Shown here one piece after another: positions 59,814 to 64,000 of a stretch of DNA of 64,000 nt. A program made the translations under genes and the position numbers. Within the stretch, counting starts at the first letter, position 1, and every line of letters begins with the position of its first letter. The notes under the pieces were generated by a model. The model ran no database searches, had not been told where the DNA came from, and was given only the letters and a program-made list of their open reading frames with translations. This stretch comes from Ignavibacteriales bacterium (lineage in GTDB: Bacteria; Bacteroidota; Ignavibacteria; UBA10030; SZUA-254), in contig JACRFD010000044.1 in assembly GCA_016218025.1 (NCBI GenBank), positions 4,073-68,072 on the forward strand, read 5' to 3'.

Positions 59814-62711
59814 ATGAAAAACAAAACTCAGATCACATATATATTTTTAATTATTTTATTGATTCTTCCTTCTCAAATTAAATCTCAGACTTGGAAGGAA
59901 TTCCTCGACAAAGCCAACTTATATAATAAACAAGGGAATTTCGATTCAGCTAAAATTCTATTTCATCAGGCGCTTGATAGCGCGCAACTTACATTCGGGG
60001 AATATGATTCATCGGTAGTATTAATTTTACGAGCCATTGGTGTTTATTTTCAGAACAAGCACACTGACAGCGCTGAAATATATTACCGTAGATCAATTGA
60101 GGTCTACACAAAATCGAATAATACATCCCGCCTTGAGTGTGCAAAAGCATATCATAATCTTGGAGTTTTGTTGGGTGAATCTCCAAGATCGGACGAAGCC
60201 GAGAAATACTTTTTGCAATCTCTTGAAATCAAACGAAAGCTGCTTCTCCCAACAGATCTGAGTATACTGCGAACCGAGGAAGCGCTTGGAACTCTATATC
60301 GTGAAAGCGGAGATTTTGGTAAGGCAGTTATGATGGTAAAAACTGTGTTAGAGAGGAAAGAAAAGATTGTTGGTCAGAATCATTCCTCTCTTGCAATTAC
60401 TCTGAATAATCTCGGTATAGCATATTACTATATGGGTGATTATCCCAATGCCGAGATTAATTTTAAGCGAGCAATTAGTTTGACAGGAGAAGATACTGTA
60501 GGGCAGGCAGGATTCATGAACAATCTGGCGGCTGTTTATCATGGTGAAAAAAGGTATGCCGAGGAGACAGAAATTTTAAAGAGCGCATGGGAAACCATCA
60601 AACACCGGACAAACGTCAATCCATCAATGAAGATGCTGCTGGTGGGTGATCTGGGAGCGGCGGAGTATAAATCAGATAAGATCGAAGCCGGTAAAGGACA
60701 CCTGCAAGAAGCTCTCACCATCGCCCGTGAGAACGGTCTTGATGAATCTCTAAATATCACATATAGCATGCGGACATTAGCTGAAATTTACCGTGACGAA
60801 AAGAAGTATGCAGAAGCTGATTCATTTTACAGAGCAACTATTACCATCATTCAAACGAAGCTCAGCAGGCAACATCAACTTTTAGCAACTACTCTCCAAT
60901 CTCACGCGAGTTTATTCCGAAGAATGAATATACTCGATAGCGCATTGACAATTTACTACAAGGCGTTCTGGTTGTATCATCAGATGTTTAGGGATGTTGC
61001 TCAATTTGTTCCTGAGCAAGAAGCGCTCAGGACTGCTTTATTGTCGGAACGATCTTCTAACCTTTATCTTTCGTCGTATTCAGAAGTCCGGAATCCATCA
61101 GAACAACATACGGCTGAGGCAGCAGATATTTTTTTAAACTCAAAGGGGAAAATTTCTGATGAAATATTTCGGCGATATCAGATGTTTGTCCGAGACGACT
61201 CGCCCGTGATTGATTCACTTGCGCGAACGTACCGCGCAGCAAAAGTTCGGGTGGCATCGCAATACATTCAATCGGAACGATTACATGCCGGGACGGGGAG
61301 TGTTTCGGTTTTGGACTCTCTGAGCCGAATGGTGAAACGCTTAGAATCGGAGATGGTAGGTATCAGTGGAAGCTTTAAAGACGCACTAGATCAAGGTAAC
61401 ATAACTGCCGGAAAAATTGCCTCTTGTTTACCTCCCTCAACTGTTCTTATCGAGTTTGTGAAACACTCCTTCTTCGATTGGAAAACCGAGTCAGATCATC
61501 CGAAGTACAGCGCACTTATTCTGTCTAAACCTGGGCAACCTGCACGCGTAGTTAATTTAGGTGATGCAATGGTGATTGATGATCTCGTGAATAGCTATCG
61601 AGAGCATATGCTTGCTGCTTCTTCTACTGGTGTGACCCCGGCGAAGTGGGAAGAATATCAATCAATTGCAATCGCTATTTACAAACGAGTTTGGCAACCT
61701 CTTAAACTCAAGCTGAAGGCAGGTACAACCATTATAGTAGCTCCGGACGGTGCATTAAATCTTATCTCCTTTAGCGGATTGATGAAACCTTCGGGGAAAT
61801 ATTTAATTGAAGAGAATCCTATTCATTATCTTTCATCAGGACGAGATCTTTTACGGCTTCAGCAATCGGAAAAAAGCGGGAAAGGATTGCTAGCACTTGG
61901 TGATGTAGATTTCGATGCAACGGTTGAGGCGCGGATCATCGATCAGCAACCTATGCTTGTAAGTAATGTAGAACAAAGGCAAATGAACATGGTAAGAAAT
62001 GCAAGGTCAGATTGTTTTATGCTGAACAAAGATCCGTTTCAATCGCTCCCCGGCACACGGTCGGAAATAGAAGCTGTTGGATCGAAGTGGAGAAAGCAAA
62101 ATCAGAATGAACCTATCTCTATCTACTACGGCTTAGGAGCAAGCGAGGAACATTTTAAACAACATGCATCGGGAAAACGTTCTATTCATCTCGCGACACA
62201 TGGATACTTTATCAATGCCAATTGTACTAATCAATCAGGAGTTTCGAAAGAGAAACAAGAGGTCATGCTTGAGAACCCATTGCTTCAATCCGGTCTTCTG
62301 CTTGCAGGTGCAAATCTCAATGGAGTTGGAGCCGATCTTCCCGGTGCTGAAGACGGGATTCTTACCGCCCTTGAAGTATCATCACTCGATCTGAGGGGTA
62401 CCGATCTGGTTGTTTTATCTGCCTGCGAAACAGGTCTTGGGAAAGTTGAACAAGGTGAAGGTGTGTATGGACTTCGGCGTGCATTTCAACTTGCCGGTGC
62501 AAAAACGGTTGTCAGTTCTTTGTGGCGTATCCCTGATAGAGAAACAACAACCTTCATGAAGATTCTTTATTCTCAGAATGCAAAAACATATCCGGAGTTG
62601 TTCCAAAAAGCGGCTTTACAACGTTTAAATGAATTAAGGATTCGTAAGCAATCTACTCATCCATATTCATGGGCAGGATTTATTGCCACAGGCGATTGGA
62701 AAATTAGATAA
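59814..62711 (+). CDS. Exported TPR-repeat CHAT-domain (caspase-like) protease
   Basis: Signal peptide, TPRs (TLNNLGIAYYYMGDY), CHAT motifs APDGALN, HLATHG, LSACETG, VSSLW, HPYSWAGF. Confidence 0.93.
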   Translation: MKNKTQITYIFLIILLILPSQIKSQTWKEFLDKANLYNKQGNFDSAKILFHQALDSAQLTFGEYDSSVVLILRAIGVYFQNKHTDSAEIYYRRSIEVYTKSNNTSRLECAKAYHNLGVLLGESPRSDEAEKYFLQSLEIKRKLLLPTDLSILRTEEALGTLYRESGDFGKAVMMVKTVLERKEKIVGQNHSSLAITLNNLGIAYYYMGDYPNAEINFKRAISLTGEDTVGQAGFMNNLAAVYHGEKRYAEETEILKSAWETIKHRTNVNPSMKMLLVGDLGAAEYKSDKIEAGKGHLQEALTIARENGLDESLNITYSMRTLAEIYRDEKKYAEADSFYRATITIIQTKLSRQHQLLATTLQSHASLFRRMNILDSALTIYYKAFWLYHQMFRDVAQFVPEQEALRTALLSERSSNLYLSSYSEVRNPSEQHTAEAADIFLNSKGKISDEIFRRYQMFVRDDSPVIDSLARTYRAAKVRVASQYIQSERLHAGTGSVSVLDSLSRMVKRLESEMVGISGSFKDALDQGNITAGKIASCLPPSTVLIEFVKHSFFDWKTESDHPKYSALILSKPGQPARVVNLGDAMVIDDLVNSYREHMLAASSTGVTPAKWEEYQSIAIAIYKRVWQPLKLKLKAGTTIIVAPDGALNLISFSGLMKPSGKYLIEENPIHYLSSGRDLLRLQQSEKSGKGLLALGDVDFDATVEARIIDQQPMLVSNVEQRQMNMVRNARSDCFMLNKDPFQSLPGTRSEIEAVGSKWRKQNQNEPISIYYGLGASEEHFKQHASGKRSIHLATHGYFINANCTNQSGVSKEKQEVMLENPLLQSGLLLAGANLNGVGADLPGAEDGILTALEVSSLDLRGTDLVVLSACETGLGKVEQGEGVYGLRRAFQLAGAKTVVSSLWRIPDRETTTFMKILYSQNAKTYPELFQKAALQRLNELRIRKQSTHPYSWAGFIATGDWKIR

Positions 62712-62950
62712 TTGAGACATTGAAATATTGCCTCATTGATTAATTGAGACATTTTATCAATTTTTCAATAAGTCAATAACACAATTCTTCAATCCACTAC
62801 TCCATTATTCCAATAATCCCAATATTTCATAAATTCAAATCAATTTTCCACATCTCACAACTCATATCAAACATCAAATATCGAACATCGAACATCGAAC
62901 ATCGAATATTTCATACTTCATAACTCATCCTTCACCCTTCCTTAATCCTT
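62712..62950. repeat. Patchwork of 7- and 8-mer tandem repeats
   Basis: attgagac-like octamers, tcaat-based units, (ATCGAAC)x3 at 62880-62900, ttcat/cctt units. Confidence 0.7.
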
Positions 62951-62975
62951 TCTTAAAAATTTTCTTCCATTTTCT

Positions 62976-63004
62976 TGTAACGTTTCCATCGTATAGACGA
63001 CTTA
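62976..63004 (+). promoter_or_regulatory. Putative ECF promoter TGTAAC-N16-CGACTTA upstream of the AraC-type gene
   Basis: Second copy of the motif at 59082-59110, ending 39 nt before the ATG. Confidence 0.6.
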
Positions 63005-63043
63005 TTATAAAGGGGATTTATTCATTGATATTTTGGGGAAATT

Positions 63044-63355
63044 ATGCAAAAAGCGGTTGAATACATAAAACAAAACTGGAAAGAAGGAAGAAGTTTAAAA
63101 GAAATTGCAAAAATTCATAAAGTAGACCCGGGGAATTTAGAAAGAGAATTCCGATCTAAGGAAGGGATTACAGTAAAACATTTTACAGATAATATGAAGA
63201 GAGAATTCTTGCAAAAACTGATTTCCGAGGATCATCGGTATGGATATGAAATGGGGTTGAAATTAGGTTTCAAAAACGATAGGGCATTTTATAGATGGGT
63301 GAAACATGCATTTGGCTGTTCATTCAGAGAATTGATAAAAAAGGAGAGAAAATAA
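63044..63355 (+). CDS. Stand-alone AraC-type HTH regulator (no sensor domain)
   Basis: KAVEYI..SLKEIA..LEREF and LGFKNDRAFYRW..FGCS double-HTH pattern in 103 aa. Confidence 0.8.
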   Translation: MQKAVEYIKQNWKEGRSLKEIAKIHKVDPGNLEREFRSKEGITVKHFTDNMKREFLQKLISEDHRYGYEMGLKLGFKNDRAFYRWVKHAFGCSFRELIKKERK

Positions 63356-63609
63356 TTTCGGAGCGGTTGGATAGCGGCTATGCAGAATGTGAATTATGAA
63401 GAAATAAATGCATGCCGCTTTCCATTACAATAATAAGGTACAAGAAAAAGGATATTTATTTCATTGATTTCATAAAATAAGAAGATTAGTTTAATACACG
63501 GGCAATCCCCGCATGGATTACACACCTTTACACTGCAAGAAAATAAAATTAGTTTATGTCTCAAAAATAACTCACACAAACGATCTACTAATCCACCCAA
63601 GGAGGGTAT

Positions 63610-64000
63610 ATGAAACATGTTTTAATATTTTTGTTGCTGTTGATTTGTTCACAGTTGTTGTTTTCACAAGATAAGATTCTTGTTACTCCTTCTAATGATG
63701 CAATTCCGATTGAACAGGGAGGTTCGGTAAAAGAAAAAATTCTTAATTCTTTTCAAACGAATTCTATAGAGAGTGATTTAGTATGTCAAAATAGCCAGCG
63801 ATACGGATACCCATTGGAAGAATTTTGGCCCAATTCCCGTTTTGGTGCATATGAAAAAGATGTCGTGGCAATGTGGTTTGTTGCCCCTTCAACAGGCTAT
63901 ATTGATACGTTGTTTTGGTATTGCAATGGTGCTAATGGCTCTGTTGATAGTATGGTAACTATATATTTTTTAAAAGCGAACTTAGGACCTAATTCAGGTC
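63610..64000 (+). CDS. Secreted protein (3' end outside window; not in the ORF track)
   Basis: AAGGAGG SD, then MKHVLIFLLLLICSQLLFSQDKILVTP..; frame open to the window end. Confidence 0.8.
   Translation, partial: MKHVLIFLLLLICSQLLFSQDKILVTPSNDAIPIEQGGSVKEKILNSFQTNSIESDLVCQNSQRYGYPLEEFWPNSRFGAYEKDVVAMWFVAPSTGYIDTLFWYCNGANGSVDSMVTIYFLKANLGPNSG

Noticed and set aside
63480-63560. c-di-GMP riboswitch-like 'cacgggcaa' and repeated attagttta
   Set aside because: Lacks the GNRA hairpin and second stem; the AT-rich 9-mer repeat could be chance

Overview
AT-rich bacterial chromosomal window. It most likely comes from the Ignavibacteria/Chlorobi side of the FCB group (inference from the NYPNPFNPST-type secretion C-terminal domain, an atp operon lacking atpD/atpC, futalosine mqnA, HYKG-type TrmD, and canonical TTGnnn-17-TAnnnT promoters with SD sites). 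Most of the window is housekeeping genes: guaB, purD, meaB/acyl-CoA catabolism, namZ-M23-bactofilin-atpIBEFHAG, ffh-rpsP-khpA-rimM-trmD-rplS, recN, cysS, guaA, nrdJ and several peptidases. An accessory block lies between cysS and guaA. The most interesting locus is 58.2-64 kb. There an exported TPR-CHAT (caspase-like) protease with an intact His/Cys dyad sits divergent to an ECF sigma factor and a membrane-spanning zinc anti-sigma factor, followed by a stand-alone AraC-type HTH protein and a secreted protein. The same ECF-type promoter motif, TG[AT]AAC-N16-CGACTTA, occurs both in front of the anti-sigma gene and in front of the AraC gene, suggesting a self-contained trans-envelope proteolytic signalling cascade. 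Other points are an in-frame TAA splitting mqnA, candidate structured leaders before ffh and khpA, REP-like palindrome doublets, and patchworks of 7/8-mer intergenic repeats. No rRNA, tRNA, CRISPR array, integrase or transposase was recognised.
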